Source: Promethearchaeota archaeon Loki_b31
GTDB taxonomy: Archaea; Asgardarchaeota; Lokiarchaeia; Sigyniarchaeales; SOKP01
Direction of reading: 5' to 3'
Length of the DNA stretch: 62,594 nucleotides
Assembly (NCBI GenBank): GCA_005222975.1
Contig: NJBI01000012.1
Coordinates: 1 to 62,594, forward strand
This document shows positions 62,407 through 62,594 of this stretch, piece by piece. The translations under genes were made by a program, and so were the position numbers. The notes under the pieces were generated by a model. It saw only the letters and a list, made by a program, of their open reading frames with translations. It ran no database searches and was not told where the DNA came from. Every line of letters starts with the position of its first letter. Position 1 is the stretch's first letter.

Positions 62407-62594
62407 TTTGTTTTTTACTTTAAAATTATTAATTATATATTTTAATTATTCTCATTTAAATTAAAACTTTAATTTATATCCAATTTTATTCTTAAGCCTT
62501 ATTATTTTAGTCTAAAATATAATTAAGAAAAGTTAATTTTAGTATAAACTTGGTTTTCCAATTCAATATTTTTAAAGTAATTGAATATGCGTGA

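Noticed and set aside
1-62594. CRISPR array, rRNA or transposase
   Set aside because: No regularly spaced repeats, rRNA-like segments or transposase motifs seen.

Overview
AT-rich archaeal chromosomal window, most consistent with an Asgard archaeon (Lokiarchaeia-like). The evidence is rps30e, a GPN-loop GTPase, BHB-intron tRNAs, a Rab-like domain, LRR/HEAT/TPR proteins, and Sec-containing selD genes with eukaryote-like 3'-UTR SECIS hairpins. Most of the window is housekeeping and metabolic genes, plus a small defence patch (type IIG R-M, LAGLIDADG nuclease, MTase remnant) and a repeat-flanked AbrB/PIN toxin-antitoxin cassette next to tRNA-Trp. The main result is a selenocysteine system that the ORF track misses. 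Two tandem selD genes each have an in-frame UGA (G-U-x-C-K) and a SECIS directly after the stop codon. A third SECIS of the same architecture lies directly after an unannotated 63-codon minus-strand ORF (17931..18122). That ORF encodes a single-pass membrane peptide with a G-G-I-U-P-C motif and is a candidate new selenoprotein. All three SECIS elements also carry an extra 3' C-GYAA-G hairpin. All calls come from reading the sequence by eye; no searches or folding programs were run.
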